A DNA stretch of 60,179 nt, filler included, from Jimgerdemannia flammicorona (taxonomy: Eukaryota), in assembly GCA_003990765.1 (NCBI GenBank). It is 3 parts of 3 records of this genome, joined end to end, with 100 filler letters (N's around TTAATTAATTAA, not from the genome) between each part and the next. Parts side by side here need not be neighbours in the genome. Positions count along the whole stretch, not along the records: positions 1 to 19,995 come from RBNJ01001783.1; positions 20,096 to 40,088 come from RBNJ01001784.1; 1 more part is not named here. One strand, given 5' to 3'. A program made the position numbers and the translations under genes. The notes beneath the pieces were generated by a model. It worked only from the letters and a program-made list of their open reading frames with translations. It was not told the origin of the DNA and did not search any database. Of this stretch, positions 11,961-22,827 are shown one piece after another. Each line of letters opens with the position of its first letter. Position 1 is the first letter of the stretch.

Positions 11961-14656
11961 CGAAGCGGTCGTTGCACATAAATCCGTTTCGTTCAAACGC
12001 TCACAAACCGCATCACTCCAAATAACTAAACCATTCAAATAGTAGGATGCATGTATAAAATTAGTAGGCACAGTTCTCAAGGTAACGGAAGGCGTCTGAG
12101 TACTGAATCAACAAGTGTATGCGGAGTTGGCATCATCGTTGGAATGCTGCGAGCCCCGAACCCCGAACCCCGATTATTACAATTTTGGCGACTGCACGTT
12201 AGTCATGGACTCACATCTTTTATTTGACACGCCTTCTCCTTTCTCATTTTTTTTTTTTTTCCCAGACACCGTTAAGTCGGCTGCTCAATCTCACTTCCAT
12301 CAATCAGACTAAGATGTCAACCTGGCATGCCTCTTCGACCTCGTCCAATACCATGCCACGAATTCCGGTCCAAACATGTGCGGGTAGTGAGCCCCGATCA
12401 AACCCTTGAACTTTTTTGCTGAAAGGCTGGCTGACGCCCCCCCTCACTCACTAGGTTGAATACTGGATAGGACATCTGCAACGCTCACATCATACTTGGT
12501 AAAAGCATGTGCTTAGGAGATTTATTTTCGCTGCGCCCCATGATCGTCGGGCCTACAAGTTAACTTGAACAAAGTCCCACCTCGGGAGTAGGTTCGTTTG
12601 GTTTAACCCTAAGTTGGGCGAAATTTCTTGATTCTCGGGATGATGAGAACGATAGGCGTGCTCAAGCAATGCAAGCTCCCAAGCAAGCGAGCATGCTGTT
12701 GTACTAGTGGCTTTGCACTTATAATAGATATTGTGAGCGAATCGAGACGTTTGGTCGAAAATGGCATATTACTGTACCCTCCACCAAAATTCACATGTCG
12801 GCCTCGTTCAGTTATAGATTAAATTAGATGATGAACGGTATAAACAATCGTCAGAGACCTAGCCTATAAAATTTTTAACTTCTGGAAAAAAAAAAAAAAC
12901 AACTCAATTTTGGCAAGTATTACCCCAAGAGCGCAGCTCTTTCACGAGATGGACGTGAAATCCTGAAACGGAGGGGGGTAAAAGCAAAATGGTGGGGTCA
13001 ACTCTGATGAGCTCAGCAAAATAACTAAGCCAAACATAGGCATCGCCATAATGGATTATACCTAATAAACTCGTTGGTCAACAGCTAGGTAGCTGTTTTG
13101 CGTATTCGACCCCATTGTTCCGGTAATCGATGGCCCCCTCCTCCCCCAGAGGCCTAGGCGATTGCACCATTCTTCGGTCATTGTGGAGCTTCGGGTCGAT
13201 CCTGAAATTCCGTATTAAATCTACTCCTGTGGGGTTTGCCGAGCCCTTCTTGGCGGAATGTGATAGAAAATATATTCTCGATTTGCTTCTTCATTTTTAT
13301 TTTATTTTATTTTATTTTTTTATTCTCACGGGTTTCCCAAAACACTACATACAATTTCTAGCCCTTCTCTGGACATATATATAAGAGCTTACGAATATTT
13401 AGAAATCCTTTCCCTGTTCCAAAAGAGCGCCTCAACGGTTTTGCGAATCTTTCGAGATCGATCAGTCTGGACATTTTCGCGCGTTGTTGCCGATGGAAGG
13501 CATGGAAGCATCCCTTTTCAGGCTCTTAGATTTACTGTGGGGAAACCCAAAACCTAAAAATATATAGCATCCGAGTCAGAATCATCAGCCCGTGAAAACC
13601 ATGTGTTTATCGATCTGGCTGGGCGTGGGTTGTATGGGTATAATTTGTTTCCACGCCCTCCAAGAAATCTTAAAAGGTTGTTTTATAGAAAGTACCGTCT
13701 TAAATAAAATAAAATAAAAAAGGTAATGCAACGCGAACATCTCCTCAACGACAAGAGTGCACATCCTCGTTTGCTGTAAAGAGCGGTGATGGCTGTAGGG
13801 AACGGCGATAGCTGTAAGGTATGAAGGCGTGGCGATAGATGTGGCGCGATTCGACATTGATTTAATTGATACGAGGTAGAGAGAGCGAATCGTTCCTGCG
13901 ATTTTGCTATATGGGACAACACGGAGTGGATAAGAAAGAGAAGGTGACAATGACGACGAAAATGACATCAAAGTCATATATAGCTACGAGATGGCAAAAA
14001 GTAATACATAGCAACGTTCATGCGCATGAGATGATATCATTATTGCAAAGGCAATCGGGGAAAAGGGAACCCCTCTAAATGTGGCACTGTACTTAGCTCC
14101 CGATGGCGTCACTTAGATTTGATTTACATATGACCTAATACTACAGTATTTTTTTTTTAGAAATCGGCGTCAGAGGATGGTATGCACTTGCTCCATTTAG
14201 AGAATCGAACGATAATGTATTTTGAGAAGCAAAATGTTGGAGGTTCATCCTTCAAGTAATGGCACAAGAAACGTAGATTCCATTTAGATAGGCGATAAGT
14301 TACGTCACGCAATAGCGACCAAAAACATAGTACGCGAGCCTAAGTCAAAACGAGCTCAGCAAAAACGAAGGTAAATTGGCCGCCTCTCTCCTCATATAAC
14401 AATGCTGTGAATCAGATCCTTTCATAACTCAAACAAGTCCAGCAAACTTACACGGCCTACATCCATCCTTCATTATTACATTGCCATAAAAATAAAAATT
14501 AAAAAAGGTACATCCACCGACAACTGCGCATCCTCACCCCGTCCGTTGCGCATCCCATTTGGGTGCAGTGAAGACAAGTAAAAAATGTTTTTATTTCGGC
14601 ACAGACACAACCCGGGCACATAATAGAGTACACTACGGACACACGCGTGCCTCTCC

Positions 14657-16313
14657 TCAGACGACGGCTTCCGCGATGGTCCCAGCCACGGTGACCTCGG
14701 TGGTGGTAGTACGGGGTTCCGAGGACTTCTGGAAGTCCTCCGAGGTGGGAACGGTGACGGGGATCTCGTCTTTGGGGTCCTTTTTGTATGTGTAAAGTCA
14801 AAATGGTAGCAGGGTGAGTATATGGAAGTGTGAGCGAATTTGCATTTTCCAGAGTTAGGTATATTGATCCAAATCACCCTCATTGATAACACAAACGAAC
14901 CATAAAAAGCAACACTTACAAGGATGTTAACGATATCAGGCAGAGGCATCTTGGGGCCCTGCTTACCAGATGGATCGGACTCGAGCATGATCTTGACCTT
15001 GATACCGAGCACACCCTGGCGCAGCAGGACGTGGCGAATGGCGACATCGATGAAGTCGCGCGTGGGCTGGCCGGAGTGGATCATGAAACCGTCAACGAAT
15101 TTCATCGACTTGGCGCGGGCGGCGCGGAGCTTGCCGGAGACGACAACCTCACAACCCTTGGCGCCGTTCTCCATAATGAAGCGAAGGACACCGTAGCAGG
15201 CCCTGGGAAGATATATGGGGGGTTGATTCGTTAATTGCGCTTGTAAGCCTTGGCGACATGGCTTTTTGATCGAACGTATGCCACCTATCCCAATTATGAT
15301 ACTTCACCCCGCCATCCCCGTCACCGCCTATCATTATAACCGCCAAAATTAATTGATTTCCCAGTCAATCAATTCACCGCCGAGAAGTTCCACTTCCTCA
15401 CCTGCGGACAGCCAACCCGTTCAATAGCTTGTACTTGAGCGACTCGGCCTGAGCAATGGCGGAAAGACCACGGTTGCTGACCTTCTCAGCGTACAGCTCG
15501 ACGGTGTTCTCGGGGAACTTGAAGCGCTTCTGGACGAGGGCGGTGAGCTCGCGGATGCGGCGGCCCTTCTCGCCGAGCACATCCTGGGTGTGCGTGGCGC
15601 GGATGATGATCTCAGTACGCGCCGGAGTCACGCGGACCTCGACGCCAGAGTAGCCCTCCTCCGACAGCTCGCGGGTGAAGAACTCGTTCAGTTCGGCGTA
15701 GAAGACACCGTCGGCAACCTGGTGGTGAGGGGGGTGAAGTCCATGGGTGGATTAGAGGTGTTTTGACGTGGAGTGTCTGGTAACAGGGTAGGAAAGCTCA
15801 GAGACGCCGGAACAAATACTCACAAACTATGGGTTCAGGAAGATTTGCAAAAAGGGCGGCAAAGAAGAAATATGGGAAAATAAGAATATGGTATGATTAG
15901 TCTCCACATAGCAAGCATAATATCCCTTTCGTCGTTCCCTCTAGCCCACTTCCAAGGAAATCGTCATCACGCACACATTTCCACGCCGACCCGTCCACCA
16001 AGTCCAAGCTGTCCAATCCCGATTTCAACGTTGTAACTAACCCTTTCCCGATGCGAGCGACGTTTTGGTCATGCATCAGATAGTTTCATGGGTTAAGTAC
16101 ATTATGCTGATCCACCCGAAAGTGGGGCATTCAAACAAGAGGTGCCAGAGAAATGCTCATCATAATGACCGTCGCTCTTTGGGGAAGGGTGCATGCGTTA
16201 CATTGTCGTTGGCCTCAGATTGATGGTATTGCTGCCGATGGTGTCGGTGGAAGGTCGCCAAATGGCTGATGGTGCCGCGGGTGCGGGGTGTTGTCTATGC
16301 AATGGAATGGAAT

Positions 16314-16353
<40 letters not shown>

Positions 16354-16434
16354 CCATCCATCCATCCACCCATCCAATCCGTTCACCCCTCTCTCAGGGC
16401 AGATTACCTTTCTCTTCTTGGAGATCTGAGCCAT
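14657..16434 (-). CDS. RPS3: 40S ribosomal protein S3 (uS3), 250 aa; exons 16408-16434, 15824-15826, 15402-15718, 14920-15202, 14657-14779
   Basis: Spliced translation [42 protein letters not shown]...[23 protein letters not shown]. All introns are GT-AG and the exons total 753 nt. Confidence 0.97.
16067..16170 (-). ncRNA. Intronic box C/D snoRNA, snR48/SNORD60-like guide for 25S rRNA
   Basis: Minus strand: terminal stem GGTCAT/ATGACC, box C ATGATGA (16157-16163), guide TCTGGCACCTCT complementary to conserved LSU AGAGGUGCCAGA, D' TTGA (16131-16134), internal UUCG hairpin, box D CTGA (16076-16079). Lies in RPS3 intron 1 on the sense strand. Confidence 0.85.
16311..16380. repeat. (ATCC)n imperfect microsatellite in RPS3 intron 1
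   Basis: Tandem atcc units. Confidence 0.95.
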
Positions 16435-18253
16435 GTTTGTGGAGGATATGTGCAGTCTGTAACGGGAACCGCGTTACTAACGACAATGGAAAGAGATCGT
16501 ATACGTATCCGTAAGCCACGGCTTTTCTTGGACGGATGGTGACGTAGACATTTGGTGGCTTGGCTGCACGCGTTCAGGATTTTTTACGACATGACGCGGG
16601 GACTCTACGCTTGAAAAAAAAATACAGCCTCCTATATTAGCGTTATGCTGTGGTATTTTTTTTTGATTCGTGATCCCTTCTCGAGGAAATGTAGACTTCA
16701 ATTACAACGAGCAAAATTTGGTTGATCGTGAAGCTAGGAGCAAATATCTTGTGGCGTGAATGGTATGGGTTCGGACAGGCCAAGAATTATTTGGAAGAGG
16801 TTAGAATTAGTGGCCACTCACAAGATGAATCTCGTGCATAATAAAAAATAAATAAAAATAAAAACAAAAAGGTGCTCCATTCGTGATGACGGATTGAATT
16901 TCGCCAAGGGCAAAAATGATGCCTCCCAGGACCCTATTCGAATGCATCAATCTCGACCGTAGTGTGCGCCAATCGCAGCCGCAACACCTATTGGTACGAA
17001 CTAAAGACGAGTTGCAAACCGTCAAACCCTATTGCATTATAAGTTGATACCACGAATTCTGTACAGGATGCTGGGACAGATATGAAAATAAAAATAAAAT
17101 AAAATAAAATAAAGAAAATCTTTTACGACACGAACTTGAATGTGCAGTTTGTAATCCTTACGATGATGCGGGTTTTTGTCATGGTCATCATTACTGCGAA
17201 GCCTTTATACATCTTAAACTATCAACATTTTCAACAACGGTCCCCAACTACCCAGCAAAACGACGAGTCTAAGCTGTACTGCTGGTTTTGTTTTCATGTA
17301 TGAAAATCGATTGCGGGATACCTTATGAGTATGATCAAACGGCGCTTCTGGTCCAGGCTAGTACCGGCCCTGATGTAACTGAGACCGACACGTCCTTGGA
17401 GTTCCTATCGCAGAGTGTACATATTGTCCCTCCAGAAATTATTTTACTTTTTTGAATTTTGTATAATCTGATACACGATATCCCATGACCGACATTTCAC
17501 TTAAAATTCGATTAGAGGAAATACCTATCCAAAACCTTGGCCAATTTGGGTGAGTGAATGCTCGTCTTCAACTGACGTGTTCGCCGTAACCCTTAATAAA
17601 CTACCAACCTGATAATTTCATCTGCCAAATATTATACATGGCTACATCGTTGATAAAAAGAAAAATGATATTTGCAGCAGCCAATACGAAACAGCCTGGT
17701 TTCGAGACACTACCCCATTATGATTTGATCGATCTTTCCAGATTATCCAGTAGCTCTGGCCACACGGAGGCGATGAGCGAGTAGCCGGCCACATGTACGG
17801 TCTGAGGGCATCATGGATGTAGTAATCACCAGCCTGTACGACTCGCTCATTTCTGTCCACAATCACAATGACAGACCCCAAAGGCGCCATGAAATGGTCG
17901 TCGGTCACTCTCGAAGGTAGAGGCGGAAGCGGGCCAGCGAGTTGTCGATATATTGGTTTGGTGGTAAACCTCTAGTGATGTTGAGGTGATGTCAGTTACG
18001 GAAAACTGCATCTGTCCAAAATAGAAGGTACCACAATATGCGGCGAGTGCAATCGAACAAGGTTCGTCAACGAATTTCTGTTTCCATTACACGCAACTAC
18101 CCACCTGTTCCATTACACGCAACATACCCACAAGCTGTTTTTCAACCTTCCAATGGGTCTCCTCGAACACACACCACAACCCAACCCATCAGCCATTTCA
18201 TCCTTCATCAGTAATCTTCTCCTTCCACCCTCATCCCGAAAACGCAAACCCCC

Positions 18254-19902
18254 TCAAGCTCCCTCCTCCAGCTCTTCGTCCTCGTCATCATCTGCGTCAT
18301 GTACATAGTATATTCCGGCGTCCGAGTCTGACCACTCTTTCACCGCCGTCCAGTATGCGCACTCGTACTGGTACCGCAGCATCGTGTCCGGGTTGGACGT
18401 GTACGTCGCTGCAACCATCGATTCCGTCTAGTGTGGGATCCAGGGGAGAGGGGGAGGAGGGAAATAAACAAAATTGAATGATGTTGATGTTGAAGATATT
18501 GACCAACGTCTGGGATGAAGATGGTACCAATGGAAACAAAGTAAGGCACCTCAAACACACCTCGAACCGGAATCCGAGCTTGCACGCTACATCCTTGACT
18601 TCCTCTAGACTCAGTTCGATCGAAAACTCGCCGGGGGAGTTCTCGAAGTGGTAGAGCAAGGGCCCTGAGCAAGTTGGGTGTCGATGTTATGAACATGATT
18701 ACGCCCCAAGGGAGTTCAACCAAGACCGCGTTCAAAAATACAAAGTAAGACTAAAGGCGCCATCATACCAATGTTGATCCAGACTCCACCGGGCTTCAAC
18801 GCCCGTCGGATCACCTCCATGTACTCCATTATATTCTTGGCCGTATCAATGAAGTAGCATGTCACCACCACATCCCAGCGCTCTGGAGCCGCGGATACCA
18901 GGAAGCAAGAGCGCAATAGCGCAACTATTAGCACACATTATAACACAGAAATTTCGAAAACCTCCTCTTTTCCCCATAAAAATAATGCAAAGACCGCACG
19001 CACCGAAATTCTCCTTGCCCTGTCCGTACACGTCCAGGAAATCGCCCGCGACCATCGAAAAGGCGGCGCCGGGCGGTAGGTCTCCCGGTAGCACGTCCGG
19101 GATCATCACGGGGCGGAGCTGGTCGGCCGACCGGCGGATGTTGGAGAAGGAGTGAATGAAGGGATAGATGGCGTACTGGCGGACGCGGGACATGCTGGCC
19201 ATCGCAAAAGAAAAGGGGGGGGGGGGGGGGGTGAACAATGGGCGATTTGGTGTGTGTGACGGGAAAGAGAAAGGATCAATCGTTACCGGTTCAGGATGAA
19301 GTGGGAGGATAAGAGCTGGGTTTGGCATGGGAGAAAGCGTGAATTGTCCAAAATTATATGAATTACCAATAATATGGCTCGTGCCATCCATTCATAACCG
19401 ACATTATATAGGCATACCCTACCATGTAAAACGAAAACTCATTGCCTATCAAATATAAAAGGAGAATGTGTCACGCAAAAGCCACGCGTCCAAATCAAAT
19501 GTTTTCCAGCGATAGTAGAGATTGATGATGATCTTACCTTGGCAGCTGAAGCCTATGATGGTATAATCCAGAAAACATCAGCAAAAGGATAGAAACATGA
19601 AGCCAGGAGAGGATTACATCTAAAATAACATTTTAAGAGTTCAAACACCCAGGTACTCACCCTCCTTCGCAATGTCAAACGCCAACCGCCCGAGTCCGGC
19701 TCCCGGAACCAGTACCTGAATCTCACCACTGAACAATAAATGCATTACACGAGAGACAATCGTGTCAAAACAAAAATCTTCTTCAGATAGCAGTCAGAGC
19801 TCTAGGAACATGGACGCACCGCTCTTCGATGGACAGGTGCGCGTAGCGTGACTGGAGCTCCTTCATAATAGGGCCGTAGGTCGCATCGCGCTCTACTTTG
19901 CC
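18254..19902 (-). CDS. Carnosine N-methyltransferase-like (N2227/CARNMT1/YNL092W family), multi-exon, 5' part cut by contig end
   Basis: Exonic motifs [95 protein letters not shown]. Last exon 18254-18427. Confidence 0.9.
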
Positions 19903-19995
19903 CTGTGGAGAGATCAGTTGAGGACATGACCAAGTGAGTGTCAATTGTACCTTTTTCCGCACGTAATCATTCATCTCCCCCCCCCCCCCCCCCCC

Positions 19996-20095
19996 NNNNN
20001 NNNNNNNNNNNNNNNNNNNNNNNNNNNNNNNNNNNNNNNTTAATTAATTAANNNNNNNNNNNNNNNNNNNNNNNNNNNNNNNNNNNNNNNNNNNN
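19996..20095. other. Artificial contig linker (N44-TTAATTAATTAA-N44)
   Basis: 100-nt N block with a six-frame stop linker; identical design at 40089-40188. Confidence 0.95.
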
Positions 20096-20229
20096 AGATA
20101 TTTTGCTACAGTTATTTGACTAAGATTTGAAATTTCAGTAGAGAATTTTTTGAGTCTAAAATATTAAGAAATAAGCCAAATATAAAGATCTAGCTCTAGT
20201 ATGTATGTATAAGCAGGTTTGCTATATAT

Positions 20230-21543
20230 TGTAATGTGCCTGACTTAATGGAGGCAAATTACAAGGTTTGGGGGTTGATGTAGTTTGGCTTGAGCCCCTA
20301 GTTACTTTGTCAAAAAGCAACAAAATGTTCTAAGATTCCTGAGGTCCTTGGTGTTTAGTGATATAATAGTCAAAACTGGATATCTGCAAGTAATTTGTAT
20401 GTCAATTTCCTAATTGGGACAGTTCTCTGAGTGTAGCAGTGATTTGTATGTCTTTCCTTCTTAGTTCAACTGGGAATTGGTAGAATTTCATATGTAGCAT
20501 GATGAGTTCCTTATGAGTGATGATCTGGCAATTTAGTGGTTTTTCTCCTTAGGTGACGATGATCTCCAAAAGTATGCAATTTCTGGGTGATGGTTTTGTA
20601 TAGCATGATGATCTCTATATAGTGCAGGTGGACTTCTTATATGATTTGGCAGATAACTCAATTTGGCTCTCTGGGAATCATATGGTGTGGATTCTTCTTC
20701 TGGGAATAATAACTCGAATGACATAGATAATTCAAATAACTGGAAATAATGCTAGTTGTAGGTAACTTGATAACTCGGGCTCTCTGGAAATAATGGATAA
20801 CTCAGATAGTGTAGATAACTCAGATGATGCAGAAACTCAGATGGCACAAATTGGGCTCTTCTGGAAATATAGATAACTTGAAAATGGTGGCAAAGTTCTT
20901 CCTTAAACTTGGGTGGCAAACTTCAGGCTTATCTGGCAAGTGAACCAAAAATAGACCTGTTCTTTATATTGGAAAGTAGACTGGAGTGGAAAAAGGGGAC
21001 CAATGCTCACAATCTCCTAGTAGTGGCTTTAGAGCAGACATTTCTCCTAAGTGTTACAATCCTTCCTGGATCAAGTGGTTTTTGGCAGGCATATCTCTTG
21101 AAGTGTAATAGGCAGACTTGTCTTTTGCTTTTGGATTCAATTTTGGACTCTTCTTTGTATCAGAAAGTGAACCAGAGTTGAAATGTGTTCTGAATTTTGG
21201 ACTAAGGTTTATTCAATCTTGTCTCTGGGATAATTTATACATTGTGGTTGCTATCTGGTTGCTATGTGGCTAACTATAGATTACTATCTATGGCAGATGT
21301 ACAGAGTCTGTATGGTGTACAGGACCTATATAGTGTACAGAGTCTGTATAGTGTACAGAGTCTGTATGGGTAAACAGACCCTTTCTGGTATGGCTGGCTA
21401 ATTATAAGTATGATGGGCATGAGTAATTATGATATACTAGAAGTCATGTCATGCTGAGAGCCTATGTCATCTGGTTAAGTATGCTAATTATTTATATCAT
21501 CTGGCTAAGTTATAATTCAGGTGATATATTTTGGTTTGTTACA
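20230..21543 (-). repeat. 3' LTR of element 1
   Basis: Direct repeat of 29107-30420; abuts PPT-like TAGTGAGGGCTGA (21544-21556, minus). Internal 18-bp tandem TGTACAGAGTCTGTATRG near 21298-21380. Confidence 0.93.
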
Positions 21544-21559
21544 TCAGCCCTCACTAAAG

Positions 21560-22065
21560 GATAGTCTGTCCCAGACAGTTCTTCAGTCATCATCTCAATA
21601 AGCATAAACTGCTTCTGCATCTATACCTATTCTATCATCTTCATTGTCTGTACTATGGTTACTCCATTCTATGGGCTCTTCTTCTTCTTCAGAGAATAGA
21701 ATTTCGATGGAATTGATGAGGCTCAAATAGATAATAGGGTTCATTCCTTGAATGTCATTCAGGGAGAACTGTGCCTATATCAGAGCTGTGACATTTCATT
21801 TGTAAATGGTGTATAGTCTGTCTGCAGCAGTAGTATCTCTTCTGGTCAGACTTGTGGTATTCCTGATATAGGTCTGCTCTGGGGCTGAGAGATTCTGCAA
21901 TTGTTCACCAATTGTATAATAGGCCTGCAGTTGGTGAACTTGTAGTAGGCATCTGGCCAGGGTGAGATTTTCTTGATGAACTTGGATCTTCTGAAGGGGG
22001 TTTCTATTAGCTTGACCAAATTGGGGTAAAGAAACTGGTAGGGCCTGGAAGGAGCTGAGGACCAA
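21560..22065 (-). pseudogene. Extra 3' ORF (ORF3) of element 1, with in-frame stops
   Basis: YYTIGEQL...TSLTRRDTTAADRLYTI...LNDIQGM plus an acidic tail, between integrase and PPT; resembles 47257-48066. Confidence 0.6.
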
Positions 22066-22079
22066 TGTCTAGAGGTGCT

Positions 22080-22827
22080 GATCAATTCTTTGGCTCATAG
22101 TGTAGAGGGAAGATATAGTTTGAGGTGATTGATGTGTACTGGTGTTCTCAGGGTTCATCCATCCATGCTTCTTAAATAGATGCTGGTTTCTCTGATGTTG
22201 TGTACAAGATAAGATCCTTCCCATTTGGGTTCCAATTTGGCAGCAAAATTTGTTTCAATCATGCTTCTCCAAACTAGTACTTGATCTCCAATCTTGATCT
22301 CCTGATTCTTCTGTTTCTGGTTATAATACTTCTTTTGTCTTTCTTGGGCTTTGATAATCTGACCTCAGGCTTGATTGTATAACTGTTCTGCCTTTTTGAA
22401 GAGGTCTCCAAGATTCTCATGGTCAGTAGTTCTGGTTTTCTTGGCAAACATTATTTCAAATGGCTTTTATTTAGTGGAGGCAGCAGGGGTGTTCCGAATT
22501 TCCCATAGGATCTCAGGTAAGCAAAGGTCCCAATCAGTAGGATTGACTCAAGTAAGTTCTTTCTTGATGGTCTGGTTTATTCTTTCTATCATGCCATTGG
22601 TCTGAGGGTGATAAGATGTGGTCTATTTGAGGTGGATCTTGTGAATTCAGGCATAACTTATAATTATGTTGTTGATGAATTCTGTGCCTCAGTCAGAGAT
22701 GAGTTCTTCTGAGGTCTATATCTGAGTGTGAGTCTATGGAGAAGGCCTACAATAGTTAAGGCATCTGCAATTTCCATTAGGAAAGCCTTGGGCCACTTGG
22801 TCAGATGTTCTACAAATACAAGGATGT
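22080..22827 (-). pseudogene. Element 1 integrase core/C-terminus (non-inverted part)
   Basis: ILVFVEHLTKWPKAF...YHPQTNGMIERIN...GDQVLV...KLEPKWEGSY...VHINHLK; no chromodomain. Confidence 0.85.

Noticed and set aside
13004..13035. Hammerhead-ribozyme-like CTGATGA-stem-CAAAC
   Set aside because: The essential GAAA is CAAA, there is no convincing stem I/III or NUH site, and GAGCTCAGCAAAA recurs at ~14352 without the core
20040..20051. Palindromic TTAATTAATTAA motif
   Set aside because: Synthetic six-frame-stop linker inside N runs
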